64,000 nucleotides of DNA. Origin: Candidatus Gygaella obscura (lineage in GTDB: Bacteria > Omnitrophota > Gorgyraeia > Gygaellales > Gygaellaceae). A model generated the notes under the pieces. The model did not search any database. It saw only the letters and a list, made by a program, of their open reading frames with translations, and had not been told where the DNA came from. A program made the position numbers and the translations under genes. Below, piece by piece: positions 19,101 through 27,520 of this stretch (position 1 is the first letter of the stretch; each line of letters opens with the position of its first letter). The DNA is taken from the NCBI GenBank assembly GCA_030765485.1, contig JAVCCR010000003.1:4653-68652 (forward strand), written 5' to 3'.

Positions 19101-19309
19101 CAATAACCACGGTTCTTGGCTTAAGTACCGTTGCCTACGGTATAGGAGGGAAAGATCCGTTTTTAAAACCCATGGCTTTATCGATTTCCTGGGGGCTTTT
19201 ATTCGGTACAGTACTTACTCTTATAATAATGCCCTGTATTTATGCGATAATTGATGATATTACTGTAAAAGTTGTACATCACGCTACGGTACGCAAGAAT
19301 CATAATTAA
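16169..19309 (+). CDS. RND efflux permease (AcrB/CzcA family)
   Basis: REAFPEV, GASADEVEKLVTSPLE, GMVVDDGIIISEN, RLRPVMLTT; 1046 aa. Confidence 0.95.
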   Translation: MKIIEFSVKHSLFVNLLSALILIAGVISMFQLRREAFPEVSFDIVTVETIYRGASADEVEKLVTSPLEKELKNVDDIDELSSSSREGYSSIALELNPDLNKNEVMKVVNDIQKAIDRVTDLPDGVDDKPLVTEITSHDMPAIKIALSGKLLEAQLRDLADRLEDKIENIEGVSSIRKTGWRDEEYWVEPDIHKMKEYHVSIEEIMQALSKRNVTIPAGKLRLNGQEFIIKTTGEFTTKEDIENAVIRANDLGNWLRVKDLANVRYTFEEESIIHKTLGTRSITLVVLKREKGDAIKMVAKIKDVIEEFKKDVPKELKISTPYDLSYYIERRLNVLKNNGAIAIVLVVVVLFLFLHPMAALFTSLGIPIAMLATFWYMNSVGLSINMISMFGLIVVLGMVVDDGIIISENVYRYFEKGMSAEEAAIKGANEVMAPVFATVMTTFAAFSPLLFMSGLIGKFVKQIPLVVIIALSASLIEAFIILPSHLAGFVRAKKDQTEGRITKIGKAIFKRVAYIYNKILLKALNHRYKFSIAIFIIFVASMGYAKFFMPFLLFGSKGVEQFHIRAEAKPGISLYKMEELLLPVEELVDKMPKEHLDSYETLVGSITEERGFDPNAKQASNVAQIEVYLTPAQHRKETAKQIMDSMRDDLSKLKNTLPELDKLYFKDFKDGPPTGKAIDLRIRGDEFDILRNIAEEIKDYLYTLKGVKDIDDSYDTGKRELRVIIDEQKAAQAFLTIGEVATSLRNSFEGGIATEITRSKAEEKIKVLVRLAEKQRDKKSVFNELVIVNKYNNLVPLNSIATIEEGWGLTSIEHYEGDRIIAVSASVDNKKMTSKKANDLLRHKFKDISNRYPGYSIKYAGEEQDNIESMRSLIQAFGIAFLLIFLILATIFNSLIQPFVVMLTIPFGLVGVIFALSIHNEPISFLAIMGIIGLCGVVVNDSIIFVDFINKLRKQGIQRRDSIVQAGALRLRPVMLTTITTVLGLSTVAYGIGGKDPFLKPMALSISWGLLFGTVLTLIIMPCIYAIIDDITVKVVHHATVRKNHN

Positions 19310-19401
19310 TAATTTAACCAGGGCCATATCCTTATTATTTCCAAGAAGATATAAGGAAATTGTTCCTTTAGATTTAGCCGGTTATTAAATATTTAAAAAT
19401 C

Positions 19402-19430
19402 TTGCTTTTTTATTCTAGCTATATTATAAT
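19402..19430 (+). promoter_or_regulatory. Sigma70-type promoter
   Basis: TTGCTT-17 bp-TATAAT upstream of 19463. Confidence 0.6.
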
Positions 19431-19462
19431 TTAGGTTAATTATTAATCAAGAAAGAATCGAT

Positions 19463-19912
19463 ATGGATGAATTTTTTAGAGAGGTTTCGCTTAATAAGAT
19501 TTTAATTGTTACTTTGATCAGCTGGATAATTGCCCAGACAATTAAGGTAATTATTGGTATCATCAGGGAGAAAAGATTTAATTTTCTTTGGTTTATTGGT
19601 ACTGGTGGCATGCCTTCAAGTCATGCTGCAGGCGCATCTGCTTTAGCGACAAGTGTTGGTATAGAATGTGGGTTTAATTCTGTATTTTTTGCTTTGGCGG
19701 CAATGTTTGCTCTTGTTACTATGTTTGATGCTCAAGGTGTAAGGCATTCTACAGGAAAACAGGCTCAGATTTTGAATAGAATGATGGCCGATATATATTT
19801 TAAGAAAAGGATTCAGGAAGATAGGCTTAAAGAGTTGATTGGCCATACTCCTATACAGGTTTTTGTAGGAGGTCTTCTAGGTATGTTCATCTCAATTTTA
19901 TTTTTCAAATAA
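19463..19912 (+). CDS. Divergent PAP2 family protein (DUF212)
   Basis: AQTIK, GGMPSSH, MFDAQGVR, LKELIGHTP. Confidence 0.92.
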   Translation: MDEFFREVSLNKILIVTLISWIIAQTIKVIIGIIREKRFNFLWFIGTGGMPSSHAAGASALATSVGIECGFNSVFFALAAMFALVTMFDAQGVRHSTGKQAQILNRMMADIYFKKRIQEDRLKELIGHTPIQVFVGGLLGMFISILFFK

Positions 19913-19930
19913 ATTTAGACAGGAGCATTT

Positions 19931-20752
19931 ATGCGTAATAGAACCATGCGTATTGCTGTTATTGTTGCAGCAGCAATAACTTTATTTGCAATCTTTAGGA
20001 TCGCTAGAAGCAAGAAATCTTCCATTGGTTCTACCAAGACAGGTTCTGCGGAAATCTCTGCGCTTATATCGCAGGCGCAAGACTATAAAAATAATTCACA
20101 ATTTACCAAGGCGCAGGATTTATACACCCAGCTCATAGATACACATTCTGACAGTCTAGATATTATCAATTGGCAGGAGGAGCTGGAAAGTTTGAATTTA
20201 GAGATGTTATTTTCTGGTAGGATTATACCCGGGAGTATTCATTACGCTGTAGAAAAAGGAGATTCTTTGTATAAGATAGCTAAAAAACACAATACAACAG
20301 TAGAGCTTATTAAAAAAAGCAATAATTTAACCAGTAACCGTATATATGCTGGACAGAGGTTAAAGGTGTGGACATTACCTTTTAATATTCTGGTAGATAA
20401 ATCTCAGAATGTTTTATTATTGAAAACAAAAGATACAGTTTTTAAAACATACAATGTAGCAACAGGAGAGGACAATTCTACCCCTGTGGGGATTTTTAAA
20501 ATAAAGGATAAATTGGTGAATCCGGTTTGGTATAATGAAGGAAAAGCGATTTTACCAGAGGATCCGGCAAATATACTTGGTACCCGCTGGTTAGGCTTTG
20601 ATAAGGCTCCGCGTTATGGAATTCATGGTACATCTCAGCCTGGAAGTATTGGTAAACAGGCTACAAAGGGATGTGTAAGGATGCATAACAGGGAAGTAGA
20701 ACAGTTATTTACTATAGTTCCTGAGGGAACAGAGGTAACAATAATAGATTGA
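19931..20752 (+). CDS. LysM-containing L,D-transpeptidase (YkuD family)
   Basis: LysM (VEKGDSLYKIAKK), VDKSQN, TPVG, YGIHGT..., GCVRM. Confidence 0.92.
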   Translation: MRNRTMRIAVIVAAAITLFAIFRIARSKKSSIGSTKTGSAEISALISQAQDYKNNSQFTKAQDLYTQLIDTHSDSLDIINWQEELESLNLEMLFSGRIIPGSIHYAVEKGDSLYKIAKKHNTTVELIKKSNNLTSNRIYAGQRLKVWTLPFNILVDKSQNVLLLKTKDTVFKTYNVATGEDNSTPVGIFKIKDKLVNPVWYNEGKAILPEDPANILGTRWLGFDKAPRYGIHGTSQPGSIGKQATKGCVRMHNREVEQLFTIVPEGTEVTIID

Positions 20753-20753
20753 T

Positions 20754-21719
20754 ATGAGCGGACTTGATTTTGAAAAACCAATTCTGGAATTAGAAAAAAA
20801 GATTGATGAACTGAGGAATTTTACAAGCGATAAGAAAATTAATCTTGCTTCTGAAATAAACCGTCTTGAGGAAAAATTAACCAGGCTTAAAAAAGATACC
20901 TACCGCAATATTACTCCCTGGCAGCGCGTACAGATTGCCAGACACCCGCAGCGACTTTACACCACTGATTACATAAATACGATAATGAAGAATTTTATTG
21001 AGTTGCATGGAGATCGTTTATTTGCCGACGATAAGGCTTTAATCGGAGGGTTGGCAACATTAGATGATAGAAAAGTTGTTGTTATGGGTCATCAAAAAGG
21101 ACGTGAAACCAAAGAAAGTATTATGCGTAATTTCGGTTGTGCTCATCCTGAAGGATACCGCAAGGCCTTAAGGTTGATGTATATGGCGCAGAAATTTAAT
21201 CTTCCGATTATTGTTTTTATCGATACCCCCGGAGCATATCCTGGTATTGGTGCTGAAGAAAGAGGTCAGGCGCAGGCAATAGCTTCTAATCTTATGGAGA
21301 TGGTAGAGATAAAAGTACCTATAATCGTTACTGTAATCGGTGAAGGCGGTTCAGGCGGCGCTTTAGGTGTGGGTATAGGAGATAAGATTTTGGTGTTGGA
21401 GAATTCTTATTATTCGGTTATTTCTCCTGAGGGGTGTGCAGCAATTCTTTGGAAAAGCAGCACCAAAGCGCCAGAGGCAGCTGATGCATTAAAGCTTACC
21501 GCAGAAGATTTACTAAAATTTAAGATTATTGATGAGATTGTACCCGAACCTTTAGGTGGAGTGCATAGGGATCCGCAGAAGATGTGTCAGACGCTTAAAG
21601 AAGCTATCATCAGGAATCTAAATTCTTTATCCGACTTATCTACAAAACAAATTCTGGATAGAAGATATAATAAGTTCAGAAAAATCGGCGACATAACTGA
21701 AAACGTACAAGATGCTTAA
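20754..21719 (+). CDS. accA: Acetyl-CoA carboxylase carboxyltransferase alpha subunit
   Basis: LDFEKPI, ARHPQR, ELHGDR, PEGYRKA, DTPGAYPG, GEGGSGGAL. Confidence 0.97.
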   Translation: MSGLDFEKPILELEKKIDELRNFTSDKKINLASEINRLEEKLTRLKKDTYRNITPWQRVQIARHPQRLYTTDYINTIMKNFIELHGDRLFADDKALIGGLATLDDRKVVVMGHQKGRETKESIMRNFGCAHPEGYRKALRLMYMAQKFNLPIIVFIDTPGAYPGIGAEERGQAQAIASNLMEMVEIKVPIIVTVIGEGGSGGALGVGIGDKILVLENSYYSVISPEGCAAILWKSSTKAPEAADALKLTAEDLLKFKIIDEIVPEPLGGVHRDPQKMCQTLKEAIIRNLNSLSDLSTKQILDRRYNKFRKIGDITENVQDA

Positions 21720-22236
21720 TCAAGAGTTTATCATTTTAGGCCTGTTAAAGTCCGGTCCTCGCCATGGTTATGAAATCAAAAAAGAGCTAAAAGAAGTAGT
21801 TGGTTTATTTGCTACCATAACCAATAAGTCTATATATTATCCTTTAAAACAGATGGAAAAAGCAAAGGTGGTGAAAAAGAATATTTCTCGTGAGGGCTCT
21901 CGTCCTGAGAAATACACGTATACAATTACAGAGCAAGGAGAAAGAAGGTTTAAGGATCTTTTGTATAAGAATATCTCACGGCTTGAGCGGCCATTTTTCG
22001 ACATTGATATGTGTCTCTATTTTCTTCCCTTTTTGTCAAAAACTGAAGTTGTTAAAAGATTAAAGGTAAGGCTGAGGCTGCTTTCCAAGATAGAAAATTG
22101 GCTTAAGAAACAAGCTGGGCAAAAAGAAAAATACTACCCGCATCTTTCAGCAATAATCGAGCATAATCTTGATTTGATCATTTCTGAAACAGGTTTTACC
22201 AAAAAGCTAGTTAATAGATTAAGTAAGAATAAGTAG
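21712..22236 (+). CDS. PadR family transcriptional regulator
   Basis: ILGLL..GPRHGYEI, SIYYPLKQM, RPEKYTYTITEQG; start overlaps the accA 3' end. Confidence 0.9.
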   Translation: MLNQEFIILGLLKSGPRHGYEIKKELKEVVGLFATITNKSIYYPLKQMEKAKVVKKNISREGSRPEKYTYTITEQGERRFKDLLYKNISRLERPFFDIDMCLYFLPFLSKTEVVKRLKVRLRLLSKIENWLKKQAGQKEKYYPHLSAIIEHNLDLIISETGFTKKLVNRLSKNK

Positions 22237-22302
22237 ATAGATAAGTTTAAAATCACATAACCATTTAAAATCATTATAGTTTGGGGTTTGAATTAAAAAA
22301 AC

Positions 22303-22330
22303 TTGAAGATTTTTATTTTCCTTATATAAT
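22303..22330 (+). promoter_or_regulatory. Putative promoter of the radical SAM/lipid cluster
   Basis: TTGAAG-16 bp-TATAAT. Confidence 0.5.
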
Positions 22331-22368
22331 AAAATTTAACTAATAAAATTTAATTAATAAGATTCAAT
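22327..22368. repeat. Three 14-bp tandem direct repeats spanning the -10 box to the start codon
   Basis: TAATAAAATTTAAC / TAATAAAATTTAAT / TAATAAGATTCAAT. Confidence 0.7.
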
Positions 22369-23863
22369 GGACATAGCAAAACTTTTACAGGAATCAACAG
22401 ATAAGTATAAAGATAAGCCGGCAATATTTTTTAAGGGCAAAGAAATTACTTTTATTGAGTTAAGGGATAATGTGTTTAAGCTGACAAATGCCCTAGGCTC
22501 TTTAGGCCTAAAAAAACATGATAAGGTTGCTATATATCTTCCTAATTGTCCACAGTATATCTATACCTATTTGGCTATTTGGTGTAGTTGCGCCACGGCA
22601 GTACCGTTAGATTTTATGCTTACCGAAGAGGAGCTTATATCTTGTATAGACCACTCAGAAGCTAAAATTATTATTGCAAAGAAAAAGTCTAGGGTGTCTT
22701 TTTCTGATATAAAAAATAAATGTAAGTTGCTTCAAGAAGTAGTTCTTTTAGACGAGGGTGAAGAATTTGTCAATTTCAATATACTTTTAAATAATGTAAA
22801 AGAAGATTATCCTAAGGCTGAATGCAGTGATAAAGACTACTCTATAATTTTCTATACCTCCGGAACAACCGGGAAACCTAAAGGGGTTTTGATAAATTAT
22901 GCTCAGATAGCAGCACCGGCTATGGGGATGAAACATTTCGTGGGGCTTAATGATAAAGATATTGCGCTTTGTGCGATTCCTTTATCTCATTTGGGCGGGT
23001 TGGTGTTTTTGCAGTCAATAATCTTTTTAGGAACAACTGTTGTGTTGATGGAACGTTTTATGCCGGTTGAATTTTTAAAAAATATTACCGAGTATAAAGT
23101 AACCTGTTTTTGGATAGTGCCATCGATGTATTATGCGATTTTACAGCTTAAGGAATTTGAAAGTTATGATTTATCAAGTCTTCAATGGGTGGTTTCTTTT
23201 GGTGCGCCGAGCTCTGCAGAACAATTGAGGCGTTTTCACAAATATTGCCCGCAGGCTGAGTTTGTCAATGGTTGGGGAATGACTGAAACTAATGCGCCAA
23301 GCGTGGTGATTCCAAAAGGTAGTAAAAAGCTAGAAAGCGTTGGGCTTCCTGCTCCTTGGGTTGAACTTAAGATATTAGATAGCAATAATAAGGAAGTTAA
23401 AAAAACAGAAGTAGGAGAAATTGTTGTCAAAGGATGGGTGGTTACCGATGGCTATTATAAGGATGATGAGCTTACTAAACAGACCAAGCGTAATGGTTGG
23501 TTTTATACAGGAGATCTGGGTAGACTTGATACTGAAGGTTACCTGTATATATGTGGCCGCAAGAAAGAGATGATTAAAGTAGGAGGAGAAATAGTTTTTG
23601 AACCTGAGGTTGAGGCTGCTTTACATAAACATCCTGCTGTTAGCGAAGTGGCTGTAATTGGGGTGAAAGACAAATTAAGGACAGAGGTGCCTAAGGCCTT
23701 TATTGTTTTAAAAGAAGATACGCAGTTTGCAGAAGAAGAAATAGTATTTTTTCTAAAAAAGCATCTGGCCCATTTTAAGATTCCGCATTATTTTGAAGTT
23801 TTGGATACTCTTCCCAAGACCAGATCAGGTAAAGTTGATAAAAAAGTTTTAAGAGACAGATAA
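22367..23863 (+). CDS. AMP-forming acyl-CoA ligase (class I adenylate-forming enzyme)
   Basis: YTSGTTGKPKG, NGWGMTET, YTGDLG, GRKKEMIKVGG, PKTRSGK. Confidence 0.92.
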   Translation: MDIAKLLQESTDKYKDKPAIFFKGKEITFIELRDNVFKLTNALGSLGLKKHDKVAIYLPNCPQYIYTYLAIWCSCATAVPLDFMLTEEELISCIDHSEAKIIIAKKKSRVSFSDIKNKCKLLQEVVLLDEGEEFVNFNILLNNVKEDYPKAECSDKDYSIIFYTSGTTGKPKGVLINYAQIAAPAMGMKHFVGLNDKDIALCAIPLSHLGGLVFLQSIIFLGTTVVLMERFMPVEFLKNITEYKVTCFWIVPSMYYAILQLKEFESYDLSSLQWVVSFGAPSSAEQLRRFHKYCPQAEFVNGWGMTETNAPSVVIPKGSKKLESVGLPAPWVELKILDSNNKEVKKTEVGEIVVKGWVVTDGYYKDDELTKQTKRNGWFYTGDLGRLDTEGYLYICGRKKEMIKVGGEIVFEPEVEAALHKHPAVSEVAVIGVKDKLRTEVPKAFIVLKEDTQFAEEEIVFFLKKHLAHFKIPHYFEVLDTLPKTRSGKVDKKVLRDR

Positions 23864-23877
23864 AAGAGGGTTTAGCT

Positions 23878-24624
23878 ATGATGCAAAGAGAAATTCATAT
23901 TAGTTCTAAAGATTTATTGAGTCAAATCCAGTTTAAATCAAAACCTATGGCTGATATTGCTTTAGTCAGCGGTCAGATTCACCGAGTAGAGTTTTGTCTG
24001 CAGCTATTGACCGAGGTAAAAGAGAATTTTAGTACTATGGGATATACTTTTTGGACCGGAAAATATAAAGGTCGAAGTATTACTGTTGGTAATGCCGGTC
24101 TCTATGCACCAGATACGGCATTAGTGACACAGTTATTGATAGAAGCAGGGATAAATTCTTTTATTCGTATCGGTAGCTGCGGTGCTTTGACAAAGGATAT
24201 ACAGATAGCTGATTTTGTTATTGCTGATAAAGCTTTAAGAGGAGACGGCGTTACTAATTATTATGTTAAGAGTGATTTTATTCCTAAGTCTACGCCTGAG
24301 TTAAACAGCCGGTTAGCTGAAGCAATTATCTCCAAAGGAAAAAAGTTACATCAAGGTATGGTTTGGACAACAGATGCATTATTAAAAGAAACTCCTGAAT
24401 TTGTGAATCCGGCAATTACTAAAGGCGCAATAGCAGTAGATATGGTTACGAGCGCTTTTTTAACACTATGTTCTTTATATAATAAAACTTCAGCTGCGGT
24501 AATGGTGGTAAGCGATAATCTTATTACTGGTGAAGTTGATTTTACTTCGCCTGCGGTTATGGAATCGGAAAAAATAATGTTGGCTTCTAGTTTAGACGTA
24601 GCAGCGCAATTAGGAAATAGTTAA
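23878..24624 (+). CDS. Nucleoside phosphorylase (PNP/UDP family 1), divergent
   Basis: WTGKYKG, FIRIGSCGAL, ALRGDGVT, VWTTDA, AVDM, VSDN. Confidence 0.85.
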   Translation: MMQREIHISSKDLLSQIQFKSKPMADIALVSGQIHRVEFCLQLLTEVKENFSTMGYTFWTGKYKGRSITVGNAGLYAPDTALVTQLLIEAGINSFIRIGSCGALTKDIQIADFVIADKALRGDGVTNYYVKSDFIPKSTPELNSRLAEAIISKGKKLHQGMVWTTDALLKETPEFVNPAITKGAIAVDMVTSAFLTLCSLYNKTSAAVMVVSDNLITGEVDFTSPAVMESEKIMLASSLDVAAQLGNS

Positions 24625-25533
24625 ATGACTGAATCAATACTTGCATTACCGGTTAGGTTTAAAGGAAATTATATAGAGGTTTTAGATGAGACGCTCCTTC
24701 CTTTTAATGAAAAGTATATACGGGTAGATACATTAGAGTATGCTTTATCGGTTTTAGGTTCTATGAAAACAAGAGCAATGGGTCAGGTGCTTTTATTTTT
24801 TTACTCTTGTGTGCTTTTTGAAAAGAACAATTCAATTGATGAAATTGCAGGTAAATTCAAAGATATACGGCCTACATTTGATTTTATTCTTTTAGCGGAT
24901 CTAGTGAAAAAGGCTCTTGCAAAAGAAAAGAGCATAAAAAGCGCGGTAGAAAGTTTTATAAATGGTTTTCAAGATGCAAGACATAAAAGAGCTAAATCAT
25001 TAGCGTCGATATTGCCTGATGATGCGCGTGTTCTTACAATATGTAATGTTAATTCCGAGCTTATCTATCTGGCTGAGGAAATGCACAAGTTAAATAAGAA
25101 GATATTTTTTTATGTCTGTGAAACACGGCCATATCTTCAGGGAACGCGGCTTACTTTTTGGGAATTAAGAAAACGAGGTATTTCTTGTAAATTGATCTGT
25201 ATATCTCAATCTGCCAGTCTTATGCAGGAAGGTTCAATTAGTACAGTTATTACCGGAGCAGACAGATCCAGCACGAGAGGTGCAGTGATAAACAAAATCG
25301 GTACATATAGCCTGGCAATACTTGCCAAACATTTTAATATTGCTTTTTATCCTTTGGTGCAGTATGCGAAGGATATTGATATAGACGCAATTAAAATCGA
25401 AGAAAGAGCAAAGAGTGAAGTGTTTATGTTTTTAAAAGGGGATTTTGCCCACATGGATGCGCTTTACCCCGCGTTTGACGTTGTAGAAAAAGAATTGATT
25501 ACAAAAAACATAGATTTAACCAAATTAAACTAA
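24625..25533 (+). CDS. Methylthioribose/5-deoxyribose-1-phosphate isomerase-like protein (MtnA/eIF2B family)
   Basis: LDETLLP, RPT, TICN, ETRPYLQGTRLTFWEL, GADR, NKIGT, IEER, PAFDV. Confidence 0.85.
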   Translation: MTESILALPVRFKGNYIEVLDETLLPFNEKYIRVDTLEYALSVLGSMKTRAMGQVLLFFYSCVLFEKNNSIDEIAGKFKDIRPTFDFILLADLVKKALAKEKSIKSAVESFINGFQDARHKRAKSLASILPDDARVLTICNVNSELIYLAEEMHKLNKKIFFYVCETRPYLQGTRLTFWELRKRGISCKLICISQSASLMQEGSISTVITGADRSSTRGAVINKIGTYSLAILAKHFNIAFYPLVQYAKDIDIDAIKIEERAKSEVFMFLKGDFAHMDALYPAFDVVEKELITKNIDLTKLN

Positions 25534-25545
25534 TTATAAGGAGAA

Positions 25546-27009
25546 ATGATGAAACTATTATTTTTAAATCCGCCAATCGGTTCATGGGTTTATTGGGGTA
25601 AACATAGAGCTATTAATGTTGCCCATGCTCAACTTACTGCTTGTATCAGAGAGTGGGTTAAAGAAGTAGATATTTCAGTTATTGACTGTCGTGCTTCGGA
25701 ATTGAAAGAAGAACAGATGATAGATAAAATTAAACAGATTTCACCCGATGTTATCTATATGGGCGATGCTTATCAGATGACTGGGACTGTTGCCATATTG
25801 CCGCTTTATCAAAAGGCTGCAAAACTTATTAAGAAGAACTTTCCCAATGTAAAAATCTGCGTAGGAGGTTTTTATATTGCAGCAAATTATGCAGAAATCT
25901 CAAAAGAAAGCCCTGATTTTGATTTTATTATTTCCGGAGAAGTAGACCTGACCTTGACCGAGCTAATACAGGCTTTAAAGAATAACGAGAAAGATTTTTC
26001 TAAAATCAAAGGCCTGCTTTATCGGGATAACGGTTCTTTTAAGACAAACGAGTACCGTGAGCTGATTAAAGATTTGGATACGCTTCCTATGCCGGCGTAT
26101 GATTTGTTTCCGATGGATAAATATATTGGTTATGGTTCAATGCCGTTTTATCAGGAGATTTTTACTGCCAGAGGCTGTCCTTTTGGCTGCGGCATGTGTA
26201 TAGATTGGGTTATAGTTGACCCAAGAGGTAACTGCGACTGGCAGCAGCATAGGTTTAAGTCTGCAGCCAGAGTCGTAGATGAGATGGAGCTACTTTTAAC
26301 TAAATACGGCAAAAAATATATCCATATATTCGATTTGAATTTTAACCCTGTTAGACGGCGCGTGGAAGAGTTCTTAAAAGAAATGCAGAAGAGAAAACTT
26401 CCCATAAAATATGCCTTTTTAGGCAATGCCCATTCCTTTGTTAGAGATAAGGATTTACTGAAAGATTTACGCGATACAGGGTTTGTCTGCGGTATATTCG
26501 GTCTTGAAGTGGAAGATGCTGAGACTCTGAAGAAAATCAAAAAAGGCATTACGGTGCAAAACGTGCATGAGGTTACCCAGTTATTTAGGGAATTAGGGAT
26601 TATGTCTACGATTACCTGGATGATTGGTTTTCCTGATGATGATGAAACTAAGATAAAAAGGCGTTTTGCAGTCTTAGATGAGATTGATCCTGATGTCTCA
26701 TCGCTTCAAATGATGCTTCCTGTTCCGGGTATACCTTTGTACGATGAATTTTCTCCATACGTGGAAGAGCATGATTTGATGAAGTGGGATTTTCATCATC
26801 CTATAGTTAGGACCAAGCATCTTACGCGCCAGCAGTTGGGTCAGTTAGCCGAATGGGCAAACAGAGAGTTTTACACTAAGAAAAACCGTATTCAGCGCAT
26901 CTTGGAAAGCAAGACCTTACATGAATATCCTAAGAATATATTCAAAAGTTATATGTTTAACTTAGAGAAATTCGCTAACGCAGCAACTAAAGAAGAGATT
27001 ATTATTTGA
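25546..27009 (+). CDS. Cobalamin-binding-domain radical SAM enzyme
   Basis: N-terminal B12-binding-like domain (LFLNPP..VIDC..PDVI..VGG..DFIISGE), DLDTLPMPAYDL, RGCPFGCGMC (CxxxCxxC), FGLE, MIGFP, PVPG. Confidence 0.88.
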   Translation: MMKLLFLNPPIGSWVYWGKHRAINVAHAQLTACIREWVKEVDISVIDCRASELKEEQMIDKIKQISPDVIYMGDAYQMTGTVAILPLYQKAAKLIKKNFPNVKICVGGFYIAANYAEISKESPDFDFIISGEVDLTLTELIQALKNNEKDFSKIKGLLYRDNGSFKTNEYRELIKDLDTLPMPAYDLFPMDKYIGYGSMPFYQEIFTARGCPFGCGMCIDWVIVDPRGNCDWQQHRFKSAARVVDEMELLLTKYGKKYIHIFDLNFNPVRRRVEEFLKEMQKRKLPIKYAFLGNAHSFVRDKDLLKDLRDTGFVCGIFGLEVEDAETLKKIKKGITVQNVHEVTQLFRELGIMSTITWMIGFPDDDETKIKRRFAVLDEIDPDVSSLQMMLPVPGIPLYDEFSPYVEEHDLMKWDFHHPIVRTKHLTRQQLGQLAEWANREFYTKKNRIQRILESKTLHEYPKNIFKSYMFNLEKFANAATKEEIII

Positions 27010-27028
27010 TTTTAAGAAAGTTACGCAT

Positions 27029-27520
27029 TTGAAAATCGATAATTTAAAAGAATCCATATTGGTTTGGGGCACATTATCCGATGAGGCGCTTATGTATTTA
27101 AAACAGCCCCAGAAAGATAACGCCTTAAACGTTATCGTTGCTGAGAATAGGCCATTTCTTTTAGGGATAAAATATAATGTCCTTAAGCTAAACAAGGAAA
27201 ATATTCCTTTTGTGTATTGTACGGATAACATGCTGGGGTTTTTATTTTATAGAAAGAAAATCTCTCAGGTGGTTATCTGCTATAAGAAAAAAGAAAAAAA
27301 GTCTCTGTTGGCAGATTCAGGAAGTCTTTTTGCTGTATTATTAGCAAAATTGCACAATGTAAAAGTTAGAGCTTTCCCGCAGGGAAATTTGGATTATTCA
27401 ACTTTAGATAAAAACAGCGCCACGCTTGATGGTAAAGCAATGCTTTTAGATGAGGATAAAGACTTTGTACAAGAAACAAAGGATGAATTAATAAAAGAGG
27501 AGTTTTATGAACATAACTGA
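27029..27520 (+). CDS. Truncated MtnA/eIF2B-like protein (C-terminal Rossmann-like domain only)
   Basis: VIVAENRP..G, L...IPFVYCTDNMLGFL, GS...LAKLHNV match the IF-2B C-terminal domain; TTG start; 3' end overlaps the next gene. Confidence 0.6.
   Translation: MKIDNLKESILVWGTLSDEALMYLKQPQKDNALNVIVAENRPFLLGIKYNVLKLNKENIPFVYCTDNMLGFLFYRKKISQVVICYKKKEKKSLLADSGSLFAVLLAKLHNVKVRAFPQGNLDYSTLDKNSATLDGKAMLLDEDKDFVQETKDELIKEEFYEHN

Noticed and set aside
19310-19400. Possible structured RNA or terminator after the RND gene (TAACC..GGC / GCC.GGTTA, CCTTAT / ATAAGG)
   Set aside because: Pairings are short and interrupted, there is no U-tract, and I cannot match a known RNA family.
22327-22368. Tandem repeats as a mini CRISPR array
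   Set aside because: 14-bp units with no spacers and no cas genes; no CRISPR array seen anywhere in the window.
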